A stretch of DNA of 64,000 bases from Fimbriosthenelais zetlandica (Eukaryota). Positions 50,726 to 64,000 of the stretch are shown one piece after another. Position 1 is the stretch's first letter, and every line of letters begins with the position of its first letter. The notes below the pieces were generated by a model. The model searched no databases, was not told where the DNA came from, and saw only the letters and a program-made list of their open reading frames with translations. The position numbers and the translations under genes were made by a program. The stretch spans positions 57,350,001 to 57,414,000 of the forward strand of contig OZ365109.1 of assembly GCA_977030845.1 (NCBI GenBank), read 5' to 3'.

Positions 50726-53700
50726 TGACAATTTACACCAGTTCATTAACTAATGTCTGATATTCCGTTATAATGTCTTGTAATATATTTAACCATGTTA
50801 TGGTGACCAACAGTTGTTTGTTGGACACGTGCATTTCATCAAACCTTAGGACTGGAGTGAGTGCAGGCTTGATGGAGTCAGTGGTAGACACATCTTGCTG
50901 GATAATCATCCATAGAGATTTATGGCAGCAGTGGGCGGTAGGTAAATGTTGGTTTGGCGCCCATGTTACTCTTATTATAGCGCCCATGTTTTATATTTCT
51001 GCCCTGTCCTTAATGGGCTGGTCAGATATTATCAACTGGGAGGTTGGATCCTTTGGCTTGGAGATCGGGGCATAACATGGGTGGTCCGTCATATTTATGC
51101 AAGTTTCAAGTGCAAGATTTATGGGGAGAAATATAAATTACATGTTATTAGCCTAATCAACAGTGATGTCAATTGATACATTGCTTTCCTGATGACATGG
51201 AAATTACTATGACAAAGTTAAGTATCCGAAGGCATCCCGAAGGCATGTTATGCCACCCTGAAATGCTTTCCATATAAAGTAATGAATGGTCCTAATAGTT
51301 CTAAAATGGGCGGGTTTTTTTTAACCTGTGGCGCCCATAAAGGCCCTGTGAAACAATGGGCACATTACACGGGTAAGGGCCTTTTTCGGCGGTAAAACAA
51401 AACGCTCTGTTTCAAATGCCTTTCATGAATCACTAAGCTTAAAAAGTCATGTCCTATCCATGTACACGCACAGTGCAGTCCATGTAACAATGCTGTGGGC
51501 TGGAAGGATTAAAATGTCAGCCATGGTAGGTAGACACTAAAAGGATAGGCAATTGAGAGATTGTTTATCACTGTAAAATAAACATGTATTATTGTACCCT
51601 TCCCCGGGCAATACGCGGGGATTTATTTCACACTTTGTGAGGCACTTTGTGTCAGGCTAATGGCCTACTCTTGTCTAATAACGGCAAGGGCAGGCAATTA
51701 TTTCCATCAATGATAAGGCTGGGAGGAAGGGGCATGGCAGTGTTTATAAAAATGAACACACCCCCTTACTCTACTGGCTTCACCTTGGTTTTATACACTT
51801 CTTAGACACTAAATGATTCAATAGACACTGCATCTAGTATACAAAGACTTTCGAAACATACTCTAGGGAAAAACTAAAGATGTATATTTAAATCTGTTTA
51901 AGTCAAAAGCATATCAAGCGAAGAATCAATAGTTTTATCTGTGGACAGTACTACTATATGTAGTACTATTATCTACTGAATTGGGATTGCAAATACTGGA
52001 GTAAGCATAGCAGGAAAAAGATATCCAACTCTCATACAAGTAAAACAGAGTGAACAATATATTTTCTCAAATCTAGTAAAAGAATATTATAATATTTTCA
52101 TAACAAACATAGTTTTGAATCGTAGCTGGGGCAAGTCTCGCACAGAAATGACCAAACTACCAAATAATTGCATTTGACAAAATAATAAAACCACATCGCC
52201 ACACGATCATATGCCTTTCTAATTTATGACAGCTGTACACAGTGGAAACATCGGTCAGGTCTGGAATAATTTATAATTTATCGGTAAGCCCCCAGAGGGG
52301 CAGGTTTACGCGGGGGATGCATTTATATCAATGATTCCTGTCGTGTTGTGAACTACGATGGATGATACAGAGGTTAGAGATGCTCCGGAACTCTGATAAG
52401 AAACCATACTGGCCTTGTATTCGAGCACAGTGAAAGTAAGCAGGAAAAAGTGTCTGAATTTGTTATACCATTAGTTTGAAATAAATATTACAAAACTGGT
52501 GCCACGGTAGTGTTCAAGCAATATTGAAAAACCGAATCCTTACTCTCAGGTAATAAGAAGCAATATTTTGCAGAAATGAATTTTTGAGGAAATGGAATGC
52601 ACTGTGCAGGTTATTGCAGCCAATATGAGATGGTCGTATCTAACCAGAGTGAGAGAGTGCATTGTTTAACATCCAGTCAGCAATTTTCCACATATTTCAG
52701 GTCGTAGATTTTAAGCAGCTCAGAATGGATGTTAAAGGTTTCTTTTGGTGGAGGACTTTAGAATCTCCTGGGAAAAGTACATCAAGTGAGTAGAGGACAT
52801 GGCGTTTTGAATCAACCCCTACTCACTGCTCCTGTACCTCAATTCATTAGCTTGTAATTGTCTGAACAACTACTACACGTCTCTAGCGTGCAGAGATGCA
52901 TTGGGGAAGACCCTCACGTGCGTCTAAAGCATTTATCATCTCCATTCCTGTTTTGTATAGGACAGCGCCAATGCAGCATGTATAGAGGCGGTCTGAAGCA
53001 AAGGCCGTAGATAGATACAACAGTTATTAATATTGAGAAATCTTGAAAATATGTTGATATGGCTTAATAATTTGGGGAGGCATTAAAACAACCAAATGAC
53101 AGTCAACACAATCTGAACAATCTACAAGGTAAATATTATGTGTTTAGGAACCTTAAAAGGGTATTTTCATATTGGATGGAATCTTCCCAACAGATTGTCA
53201 CGGGAATATTGCCTACCGGTGTTTCGAGGGATACAAAGTTAGAATAGGTTGCAGACCAGTATTTCAACATTTACGGTATAACAGAGAGTGAATAACAGCC
53301 AACACCTGCCCCAGGCTGGGTAGGATTGTAAGGATGGGAGGAAGTCTAGAGCCTTTGGTGTTGGAGGTGGGGAAAACGGCTGTCACTTGAGACAACACTG
53401 ACTAATTGGCCAGGGATCGTGGGACGTATAGGTGGATACCCACTTCGTCAGCCAAGCTTCGGTTTCTTTTTTTAAATGAAAAAAAAAATACTTCCATAGG
53501 AGTGATTTTAAAAACTGGCACAGCAGGAAAAAGGAGATTCTCATTCTCTTGTCTATTTAGTCAGTGGTGCCTGAGGGTTGGGAACAAAGGCAGTTGGAAT
53601 ATATTCATTGTGTATTTCATTTCTTCTCTTTGCCGACTCAATGAGTGCTTCCTCTATCTCTGTGGCCGATCAATATTGATATAATCGAGGATGTTTCTTT

Positions 53701-55204
53701 GTATGGTGATTGCCTGAGGGATATCTCCATGGTGGGAGGGCCCGAGGAAAACGGCAAGTCCTTGTTTGGAAAATTAAATAAGGCCTTTGAGAAATTACAA
53801 TTAAAGATCTTTTTATGATGATCTATGCATTTGATTCTAAAAAGAAGGACGATGAGCGAATGGGGGAGATGTGTGAAACGAAGGACAGGCAGAGGGACAC
53901 AGAGAGAGAGTGAAAGTGAGAAAGAAAATCAATAAAATTGAGAGTGCCTCATTGCCCATCCCAGCCATGCAGGGAGCAGGTAATTTCAAACCCACTTGAT
54001 ATTTTCCTTTATGTTTATGAGAAATGGCAATTTATCTTCTCACAAAATGAGAATTCTATTCCCATGAGGAGTGGGCAAAGAGAGATTTGATGGTTCATAA
54101 CCACAGTTGGGGTCATTCCCACCACAAATAGCTGGAAGTAATTGAGGAACGTGTTCCTTCCTGTTTTTTCTCCATGATTTAAAATGTTCAATCAAGCTAG
54201 GAGAACCGTGCCCAGTGAAACCAATCAGGGGGGTGGAATGTTATGCAGACTTTCTTTGATCTCCTAAATTAACCCAGGGCAATTTAACTACACAAACAAG
54301 ACTTAATCGATCACCAAACTTTTACATGTCAGTGCTCACATTTTTCCTTTTCTGGAAAATTCAGTATAAGAAACTGTTCCCAGCTGAAGATCGTGGCAAT
54401 GTCCGGGCGTTACTCCAATGCAAAGTAGAATCACCGTTTTAGAAATATTTCATTGGTTCAGACAAAGGTAACCGAGTTTTTACTAAAAGGAGCTTTTATA
54501 TTTACTTTTATCAGAGCAATACATTATATTACTTGCCAGGTTCATCGGAGTGAAAACAATGAAGAATATATATATCTTCATGGGTGTAAAGTCTTTGTTT
54601 CAACAGAACAATGACACCCATACGAATAGATGGGTAAGCCTACAAACTGCATTCTCAAGGAAGAGAGAACTGTCTCAATAGACTGAATGTATGGTAAGCT
54701 CAAATTTTAAAATGTTCAATCACTTGTTCTGGGTGATAAATAAACAGTGTTAGAGTAGTCGTTCAAGTGGGCAATAATCAAAAAGGGCCTCAGTAGTCTG
54801 GGCTCATTAATTAAACAAGAAGGTTTTGTTATTTTCATTTTCCGGGCCCTGGGTTCACAATCCATACCTTAGCAACCCACGAACTAAGAACTAGAACACA
54901 GAAAGCACACTAACGAAGCTCATTATATGCTTCCATTTCTGTCTAAAACGTAACCTGGTCAAACTGAGTCTGATGAACGCCCCCCTACACCAATCAATAT
55001 CAAACCTCACCTTCTTGGCCTAGATATAAAATATATTGTGAGGGGTGAGCAACTTGGGGTGAGGGGGAACGGAGAGAGACGAGGAGGTAGAAAGATTAAG
55101 GTATAGGGCAGGTATTTTGGTCATCAACCTGACATGTTCATTACCACCAAGCCAAGTGTGAACGTTAGCCCGCTACCCATACCAATGTTGTACCTCATCT
55201 ATTG

Positions 55205-55223
55205 TGACCACTAGATGGCGGCC
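55205..55223 (+). promoter_or_regulatory. CTCF-binding consensus (overlapping a YY1-like GCCGCCATCT on the minus strand)
   Basis: TGACCACTAGATGGCGGCC fits the CTCF core CCACYAGRKGGCRS. Motif match only. Confidence 0.65.
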
Positions 55224-55288
55224 TGGCTGCCTTCACCGCCCTCTATACCTGACGGCCAACAAGCTTTGAGTTCTTTTTGCCTGACCTA

Positions 55289-55300
55289 AGCCCCGCCCAC
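55289..55300 (+). promoter_or_regulatory. Sp/KLF GC box
   Basis: AGCCCCGCCCAC, about 65 bp from the CTCF motif. Confidence 0.45.
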
Positions 55301-56246
55301 TCTATCACCTCCTAGTGTCAAGTCACATTAGAGCTGCTCCAAATGGCAAAGATTTTCTCTCCCTACACTGCCTTGATGAGCTGCTCCATGGGGCTAATTG
55401 GCCAGTCATGTTGCGGCCATGTTGTCTCGCTTTCTCTATGGTTTCTCAGGAGCCCGCTCACCTGGCAGCTGGCAAGGCCTTACTGTCATATCTACATTGA
55501 CTCAATGACTAAGGAACACGGGGTTATTTATAATGATCTGCCCTGGTTTCCAACCATCAAAAGTCTTGATTAGCTCCCACTAAAACTAAATTTTCTCCCC
55601 TATCTAGAGCCAAAAAGAGGGAGGGAAATAAAGTTAGATCTATAGGAAAATCATCTTAAACTAAATACAATGTATAAAATAACAAGTTTTTTATCCATAC
55701 ATACGTATTGTATACCGATACAATACATACATATTTAGGCAGATCTATGGAAAATCCAAGCTGATATGTATGTCCACACACAAGCCAGTATAGGCCCACA
55801 AGGCAAACATCAAAGAGGTCGGTACCACATTGTAGCCCTAGACCAGCCTCGTGTGTTCAGGTTGTCAGGCCAGTGTAGGTCCCCTCATCACGTCAACTTG
55901 ATGAGGATCTAACACTCTAATTTGTGCCTCAACTCGGGCTTGAATGCCAGCTCTGGTGAAGGAGAAGGAGAGGGAGGGAATGGGGCCTCTTGCTATTGCT
56001 GACTACTACACCTGGCCATTTTTATTAGAATGCCAATATAAGGGCAGCAGCAGCCCTCATCGACCTACTGCAGGTAAAGGAAGGCTGGTACACGTAGATA
56101 AAACACTGCCCTCCTACATGTACTATAGTAATGACCTTATACATGTGTAACCTATATCTCAGAGCCAATACTATAACGATGAGTGAACCTCTATACAAGG
56201 GCAATCAATGGTTAGAATTCGTATAATATAAACATTGGACATGACC

Positions 56247-56264
56247 TTTTTTTTTTTTTTTTTT
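56247..56264. repeat. Poly(T)18 tract
   Basis: Run of 18 T; no recognisable retroposon body next to it. Confidence 0.95.
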
Positions 56265-59200
56265 AATTTCTGACTGCACTTTGTACAAACCATTCACACT
56301 ACAAAAAGTGCATTTTCAGGTGGCCGTAGCAGTTTTTGGTACATAAAACTATTTACATAAGAGATTTATAAAAATTAAGATAAAATTATCCCGTTTCTAT
56401 AACACGTAACATTATGAGCTTAATATAAAGTTGAACACAACTGGAACAACAGTTGCCTTAGAAGCTCGGAGATAGAGTACCAAAGCCACATTCAGACTTC
56501 ATTGTAATATACTGTAGTTTCCTTCTTAACTTTCACTTTATTCTATGAGTGTAGGCCTATTGAGCTAGTCTAAAAACACAAATTAAAGACCCATTTCCTA
56601 CGCTCCACTTGTGTAACTCTGACCCTGTTCCCCGGCTCTGAGCAGCTCACTTTTTACAGGTGAATCAATCTTACCACCACCAGCTCCTGTTGACCTCAAT
56701 AAGCAAAGAGCGTGTCGGAGCTGTGAGAGGGGAAGTGGACGTGTGTGTCTTTGTGTTGGGAGTGTGTAGTAGGCATCTAACACTGCTATCAATCTTACTG
56801 GAGCTGCTCCCTCACACAAGTCAGCTTTAAAGCCGCTCCACATGGCTCACATACAGGCGCCAAGAAACAGGCGTAGGTGGTAATTGACACTTATTTGGTG
56901 CTCTCTTCATCTGCTTTGACACCTTCTCAATCATAACATTAAGCGGGGATCAGTGATGTGAAAATATTACAGCAGTTGAATATAGTATCAATTATCACCT
57001 CTATCAGTTCTACTGATAACACTACAGCGCATACAGAAAGACATGTCAACTTTTTCTGCTGTTGACGAAGCGTTGGGAATTAGTTTAAGAACCAGTTGTA
57101 CGACATTTAAAATTAGTTAAGTTAGTTAAAATATTGAATCTTTATTTTAACTTGGATGACAACTAGTTATGAGTTACATGGAAGTCTAGTCTCCGCATGA
57201 AATCATTGTTGCAAGGCAAGGTTTTGTCTTGTCATTTTTTGGTCTCATCTGTTCAATAGAAGGAGAGAGAAAGGACCTCTGGTTTCATGATGTGGTGGAA
57301 AAGAAATGGATTAAGTGTCCAAACGATATCCGATAAAAGAGTAGGGGCAAGTGGAAGTATTGATTAGCTTTGTCTTGGCTGCGTCCTGCCCACTCTTCTA
57401 TGTAACAGACGAATCTTGGCAAGCCACATTGATTCTTTTTCATCGCCTCATCTTGGAAGATTCCTTTACATTTTATGGAAGCTCCAATTTTTACAAATTT
57501 TACAGCCCAATTAATACAAGATGTCAATTTATTTAAGGAACTCGAGGAAAAGAAGGATTCCCTTATTCAACTTAAAGAAAAATAATGTGAGAATAGATTC
57601 TCAATTAGGCTAATTCTCATTAACTCAAAAAGAAATATATTAATAAATTATTAGAAATATTATAAAGTAATATTTGCAGTAAAATTATTTATTTTGTTCC
57701 TTAAATATTCCTTATGCAACTAAGTGTCCTACCTACACCCTACATAAGGTTAACGCTACAAATGTTTAAAACTATCATTACTTCTCTTCCCTTTAACCTT
57801 TATCCACACATCCTCTCACAAAGATACACACCCATCTGGGCCTATAAAACATACCTAATACAGGGGAATAAAAAGCATCATGTATCCCTGTCAGGTGACA
57901 GCACACCTGAGCCTGGACAGATTTGACCTTTTCTCTTTCATGCAACGCATGTAAAGCTGGGCAAGAAAGCATTCTGAGACTTTGTGGGGAAGGCAGTCTT
58001 TATAGTCTTCAGGTTGGCTCAGACTTTGACTTTAAAGAAAAACAAAAAGACTAAAAGGCTTTTAACTGGGTGGATACAAGACGGCAGACAGTTAACAAAC
58101 ACTGGGAAGAACTGGAAGAGCAATGGAGGGCAATGAACACCAATAGAGATAGAATGTATACTAAAATATACACTGGAGAGTCCCAATGGTGCTCACATAC
58201 AAGGTCGGAACCCTCCCATAGATGTCTGGCTTGACATAAAACCTAATGCAATATTTCCATCGGGAAATTATTCAAAATGGCATTGCTAAATACACTATCA
58301 AATATGCGATATTTTATATATTACCCATAATTGGTCTTCAATTTATTTGCTTAGAATAATGGTATAGGAGGATATCAAACCATTTAAGAAACTGATTAAT
58401 ATATTTTAATACTTAGTCACAATAAGAGGGGATGTGGTGGGCTACCGAGGTAACTTTCTGTTCGGGGACTGGACATATATTTTCTTTTCCAAATTATTTT
58501 AACATCACACATGCATGTTAAAAGGTCAACCTTATGGTATTGAATCCAGAGAAATCTTAGTCAAATAGCCGCATTACACTGAAACATAGACAAAAAGTCC
58601 GTGTTGCATATTATCGGGATGAGGAAGTATCCATTCGTCATGTTTGTAGGCAGTGCCACTTTAAATGCAAAAGAGGGAGAGATTTAGAGATAGGCTGGTA
58701 GGCCCGGTACATCGATCCATCAGAGAAATACAAAGATATTTAAGTCTCAAGTCGAAGACAGGATGCGAAGAGGATTTACAGAGGGGCCATGGACATAACA
58801 CACTAATGGATGTTAGTCGTGGAGGGAAGTGGGGGGTTTACTATGGTAACGGATTGATTTCATATTCCTTTATCCATGTTTGTTTTGGCATGTTGACGTG
58901 GCAGACCCATAAAAGTAATGGACCACACATGAAGTTAAATTTATAAAAAATTCATTCAAATATAGTGATATAATTCCCATTCCAACCACATCCTGGGGCA
59001 GTCCCAATACGAGAAATATATTGATATGAAAAGGCAATTGAAAATTTAAGAAATCCACAGAAATGCATCAAGCCATGAATGCATAGTTTGGGAATTAAAA
59101 AAAGGTTGAATCAATGATGGACAAAATAAGAAGCGTGTATGGAACATGTTCTGAGCTGAACGTTTGAGATATTGGACTCCATTGTAGGAAGGGATTTGTA

Positions 59201-62200
59201 TATATTTACCAGACAAAGTGAGGGGCATGGTGGTAGGTACATTGTTCTCACTGTTTGGATCCCTATTTATTGATTCCGTCCCCCTGTAGGTACACAGGGA
59301 TGGAGCTATGTTTGCCTGAAAACTGGCAGTTCTTAACAAGAAGTAGGCTTAAATTAACAAGTACTTGTATGTATGTTACCAAAGATTCCAGAATTGATTA
59401 ACCTAGACAATTCCTCCATTTAAGATATAAACTGGAACTAAGCAAATTGCAATAAAGCAAGCCATGACAGTGGGGAAAAAAACTTTTAAAGTTTATATAT
59501 ATCCAAGGCAGTTTCCGTAGTTTGAACAACATAGATCTTAAGTTTATTTTATGTTGAATTGATTTCGGTATGGGTGAATGATGTAAATATTTAAAGGATG
59601 TCATGAAAGAGCTCAACGTTATCTTCTGGAGAACAAAAGAAGGCATGCATGTAGCTGGGTGTGTGTGAATCAGACACCTGGCGAATACAGCGATCAATAA
59701 AGCAAAGGTAAGTAGAAGGAGACTAAAGGCCATCAGAACAAGCTGCATCTGTACCAGCTGTAAAGGCTGAAGGGTTGAACCAGTAAACTGTTAGAACTGC
59801 TACCATATGAAATTGTTAAACACTCACACCAGGTGTTGGTAAAATGTGTTACCCTACAATAACTTGAATAAGAGAACAGGTCCACTAAAAGGCAAACAGA
59901 GTGCGGAACAATGCCTTTCATCTCATTCACATATGACAGGGTATACCTTTGCATCACATCAAACAAAAATAATCATCAAGGTTCAGATCAAACCAATATA
60001 TGCAAGGAACATAAAGAGACACAGAGAAGTAAGTTCAAGGATACATTCGGGGGAAATCAATGCACGGTTTCCTTTTGCAAACTGTGACAAGATACAGTCA
60101 GGGTATAAGATCCATAAAAGTACTATTCACATGGGATAAGAAAGGTGGACCCCTCTGCATTACTTATCAGGCAAGTGCCTGAAACAATACATCTCTGAAT
60201 TAATAATTTACACTAGGACAAATTTCTTATTCAATTTGGAGGGAAGTCATGTAAATTCCCAGCAGGATCCATGTAAATTTCAGCCATTTGTAAGAAATTG
60301 GTTTCCAAATGGGTCATCAGATCTGGAGGGAAAATTGAGATATTTCTCTTTTTTAGCTTAATCTGGAATGGTCTGGTTTCGTGTTTCACTAGACTAACGA
60401 TATCGGAGACGCTTACAAGTTCCTTATCGAAGCAAGCCAGCGTTCCATTTTATAGGACTTCTACATATTGCTCAATCTGAAAGTCCACTTTCATTTTAAT
60501 ACACTAGGTCTCCTTTGGTAGTGCTTATAAATATATGTGTGTAAAAAAAAAAATAACAGGATTATTTAAATGAATTCATCGATATAGGCATGAGTTCAAA
60601 TATACTATCAGTATGCTATCGAAAAGCCATTCATAAGCCCCTGCGTTGGTCCAATTCTTTTTAATTCCTATATATAGGCTACATATAACTTGTTTCAAAA
60701 AAAATTTCAGAAAAAGGAATGTCTAAATTCACCACGATTTGCAAAACTTTAAAGTATATCACATTAGAACATTTTGAACACTCATATCGGCTGATTTGAA
60801 AAGCATTACATGGTCATTCATCATTTTCACAAATGGGTTTCTGTCGATAAGAATGGAATAGAATAGATTCTATCTGGCAGTGAGCGGGTCATGAATTTTC
60901 AGTAGTATTTTTCCCCGTCATTCTCCTCAGTGGAATTGAAACTAGTGACACAGTTCACCCATTGGATCTCCTCCTTGGGACTTTTTTCCAGCGCCGATAA
61001 CCTCAAGAATGGATTAGATACGTCAGTGGTACGTGACACCAATTCATATAGGGAACAGCTCTCATTGGAGCACGTGACCAAGGCTAAGAAGGAGAACACA
61101 TGGGCAGAATATGAATGTGGGACATAGGGAAAGCAATGCCAAGACCACTGTTATTTAGGTCCCTTTAAAATAGATCGGTAAATCTTGGCATGAATCCGTC
61201 CACGGGACACACTGACAATTGTCTCCAAAGATCCCCGGATTTCCTCGCCTGCCGGTAAAGGAGTGACTCTATTTATAGGGTCATAGTAGCGAGGGCATGA
61301 CGTGTGGGGGTGCAGGGGTGGACAGAGGGGCTGGGAGGTTGTCACAAGGGTGGAGAAAAAACGAGGCTGGGTCAGCTGGTTTGAGTACGAAATGATAGCG
61401 CCTTGTGGGCTAGATAAATGCCCATGTGGCTATTGTGGGCGCAAATTTGAGAAAGGCGTGCTAAGCATGTAAGCTTGGTAGAATGAAAAACGTTCCTTTT
61501 TCGCATAAATTTGCTGAAGGTTGCAAATAAATCTTGACCAAGTGTAAAACGGAGTACCAGACCAAGGAAAGTTCTCAAATAAATACTATGCATTGATTGA
61601 AAAAAAGGGTACAATACACATAGTGGTCATTAATGGTATTTGTATCCATCTCGCCATGAAATACAAAATGTATGGTATAGCACTAGTATAATATCATGAC
61701 TAACTGATGGAAATCAAATGTAACATTTATATATAAGCCTAAAGGGTCATGTCCAATTGCCATCAACAGTGACAGTGTGCTAATTGCTCAGAAAATTACA
61801 TCCACAGTTGCCACATAATTGACCCAACTGTCAACGGATAACTCAATTATTGTCCGCATAACAGCTTAATTTAACTATCCATATGGTTACATGTTTGGAA
61901 TTTGGTTGCATAATTCGCAGAGGTTAAACCCTTGGGATGGCCGGAGGGGGAGGGGGAGACTAGCACTTATCGATCCCGGCTGGTCGAGCCTCGTGAGTTT
62001 TGCTGATCATGGCTTACAGCAGCAGGGCCGGGGTTTGTGCTTGTAACGGGCCCCCCTCTGGGGGCAGGCGGTGAGGATGGATGAGATCTGGGCGGCCTGA
62101 TGCCAATGGTCTGCTTCTCCTGCCCCGAGGCTATGATAGAGACATCTTGTCGGTGGATGGAGAATGAATGAGGGGGAAGTATACATGCATGGGCACAGAT

Positions 62201-64000
62201 GATGAGCACCCCTCTACAGGATCCAATGATCCGCAACGTCTGTGCTATCTTACTCCCATTTTCTATACTACAGCCCACTCTTCCTCCCCCACTCCTGGCT
62301 GCCCGATACTCCATCCCTTCCACTGAGGAACAAGGGGGAGTTAAGCTTAGATAGATGATCTCAGCCTTGAAGTTCAGACTATAAGTACTTCAGGAAGCAA
62401 ATACTTATGCTGTTTGACCGTTACATGGCAACGTGGTAGAGTACTGATAAATAATGAATTTTCCTCCAGTTACAACCACCAGAAGTTCAATTCGGGATCA
62501 CAATCCATATGGTACAAATAATATTGAACCAAATCAAATCCAAGCAAGACAATGGTATTCATGACAAAAAATGGCAGGCATATAAAATATCAGAGTATTT
62601 AAAATATATCCAGATTATCTGGAATAATAGAATATTATAGAGGTTTTTCCTCAGCTGTGGCGTGCTTTAACATTTTGGCTATTTCTTCCATGTGGTCGTA
62701 TAGTTCTCCTGCTGGTCAATCCAAGATGACCAGATGGGTCTGGTCAGTGGTCATAGTCAGGGGTCAACACCCAATTAACCCCCAAGAAGCTTGGCCACTA
62801 AGCTCTATCGTAGATTGTGATGCTGCTGTTTACGCTACGAGAGGCAGGATCATGGTAACTCTGTTAGTGAATATGTCCAATAAATCATTGGCAGTTTTTA
62901 ACAGAAACAATTTTTAAAAACATGGTTTCTGTTAGTCAATATGCACCATAAATCCTTGGGAAATATAAGGATATGGAATGTGTCGAAGCCTCATTATATA
63001 TCATATTTCATGTAACCATACAGTTCAATAGTTGATTCAACGACAATCATTTGAATCATTTTTAAACTGAACATCGTGAAAATTTGGACTAGGCCTATAA
63101 CAGTTACAAATATGCATGGAAATGTTGTGATATATCAAAGATGATACTAAAATAAATACAATGGCTAGGCCTATCTTGTTAGCTGATAAGTCCATGTTGG
63201 AAATTTAAAGGGCAAGTAAGGAGCTGTGTCCAGACAGGAGTATCAAATTAGCCTCCTGACTGGGAGGGAATCATGCCCTTTTGGACTTGAGCAATAAATC
63301 TCGAGATGTTGGACCAGGTGCAGTTGTCCGTGAATTTGACAGAGATCTATTCACAACTTCTCAATCCCATGCAATGCGAGCCGCGGCAAGTAAAAAATAC
63401 CCCAATTACTCTTCCTACAGTCAGATATATTACTAAGGAGTCCATCCAATACACAGTTGTTAAGGCTTCATGTACATAGGCCGACTTATTAATACAGCTG
63501 ATGGGATTACAGGAGGTAATCAGACATTTAAATATTATACACTGGTACAAATAGCAGGCAAGATAATTACTGGGTGTACACAGTCACTCAGTAGTTTAAC
63601 ATACGGTACCGTACTCATGAAACTGTTTTCCCATATATGGCCGACATTGGCCGATCAATAATAGGGGCAGTGATATTTGGAGTTTCAGGAATGACTGCTG
63701 ATTATCCAGGTCATAAATTGTGAATGATGTTTTGTCCCAACCATTAGGACCGACGCCTCGATTAATAAATAAGCCCTTGGTAAACACATCAAGCATATTA
63801 AATCAACTGTTTCAGTTGCTGGACTGCTCGAAGTATGGTCAGGTCTCAGGAGGGACGATAGTAACGGATAATATTATATATTATAATGTAAACAATATCA
63901 ATTTTATCATACTGATAAAGGGAATGTCAAATAGATCTTAAATTATGATAATTTATATCGTAAATTAAGATCAATCATGACATAACAAAATTTGACCATG

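Larger units (their letters stand above)
15757..64000 (-). other. Probable long intron upstream of the DPY19-like exon (true 5' end not located)
   Basis: Ends at the acceptor TTTGCAG (AG at 15758-15757). No convincing upstream exon ending in phase 2 was found. The poorly conserved N-terminal exon could have been missed. Confidence 0.5.

Noticed and set aside
63437-63520. GIY-YIG-like GVHPIHSC*GFMYIGR (Penelope-type endonuclease mimic)
   Set aside because: It needs a Y>H change, contains a stop, and lacks the downstream conserved Arg/His/Glu. There is no RT nearby.
556-63941. All ORFs in the supplied six-frame track (60-143 aa)
   Set aside because: None has a recognisable domain. Lengths and density fit random ORFs in AT-rich non-coding DNA, and the one real exon is not among them.

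Overview
This window is AT-rich eukaryotic (animal) genomic DNA and is almost entirely non-coding. It is not prokaryotic: the longest ORF in the track is 143 aa and none is recognisable. The one gene fragment I can identify is an 88-bp minus-strand exon at 15669-15756, with canonical splice sites, encoding (W/R)[29 protein letters not shown]. This is the conserved first lumenal loop of a DPY19/DPY19L1-type protein C-mannosyltransferase. I could not find the next exon (expected to start GLYYSY) or a convincing previous exon, so most of the window is probably two very long introns of this gene. The best lead is a near-consensus zero-length exon (polypyrimidine tract-TTTCAG|GTAAGC) on the gene strand at 38736/38737, 23 kb upstream of the exon. 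It is a candidate recursive-splicing ratchet point, with a weaker second candidate about 19 kb further upstream. Other leads: a candidate poison exon (12715-12783); an intronic housekeeping-type promoter signature (tandem ETS, YY1/ATGGCG and E2F-like sites, about 5.3 kb); a CTCF/YY1/GC-box site (55.2 kb); a cluster of GGTCA half-sites (25.3 kb); a modular G/C-skew-switching repeat cassette next to a Tc1/pogo-type MITE (26.9-27.9 kb); several degenerate tandem repeats; and strong over-representation of the palindrome TAGGCCTA. I found no rRNA, tRNA, CRISPR array or intact transposon ORF. All translations, counts and expected values were done by hand without database searches, so motif-level calls are hypotheses.
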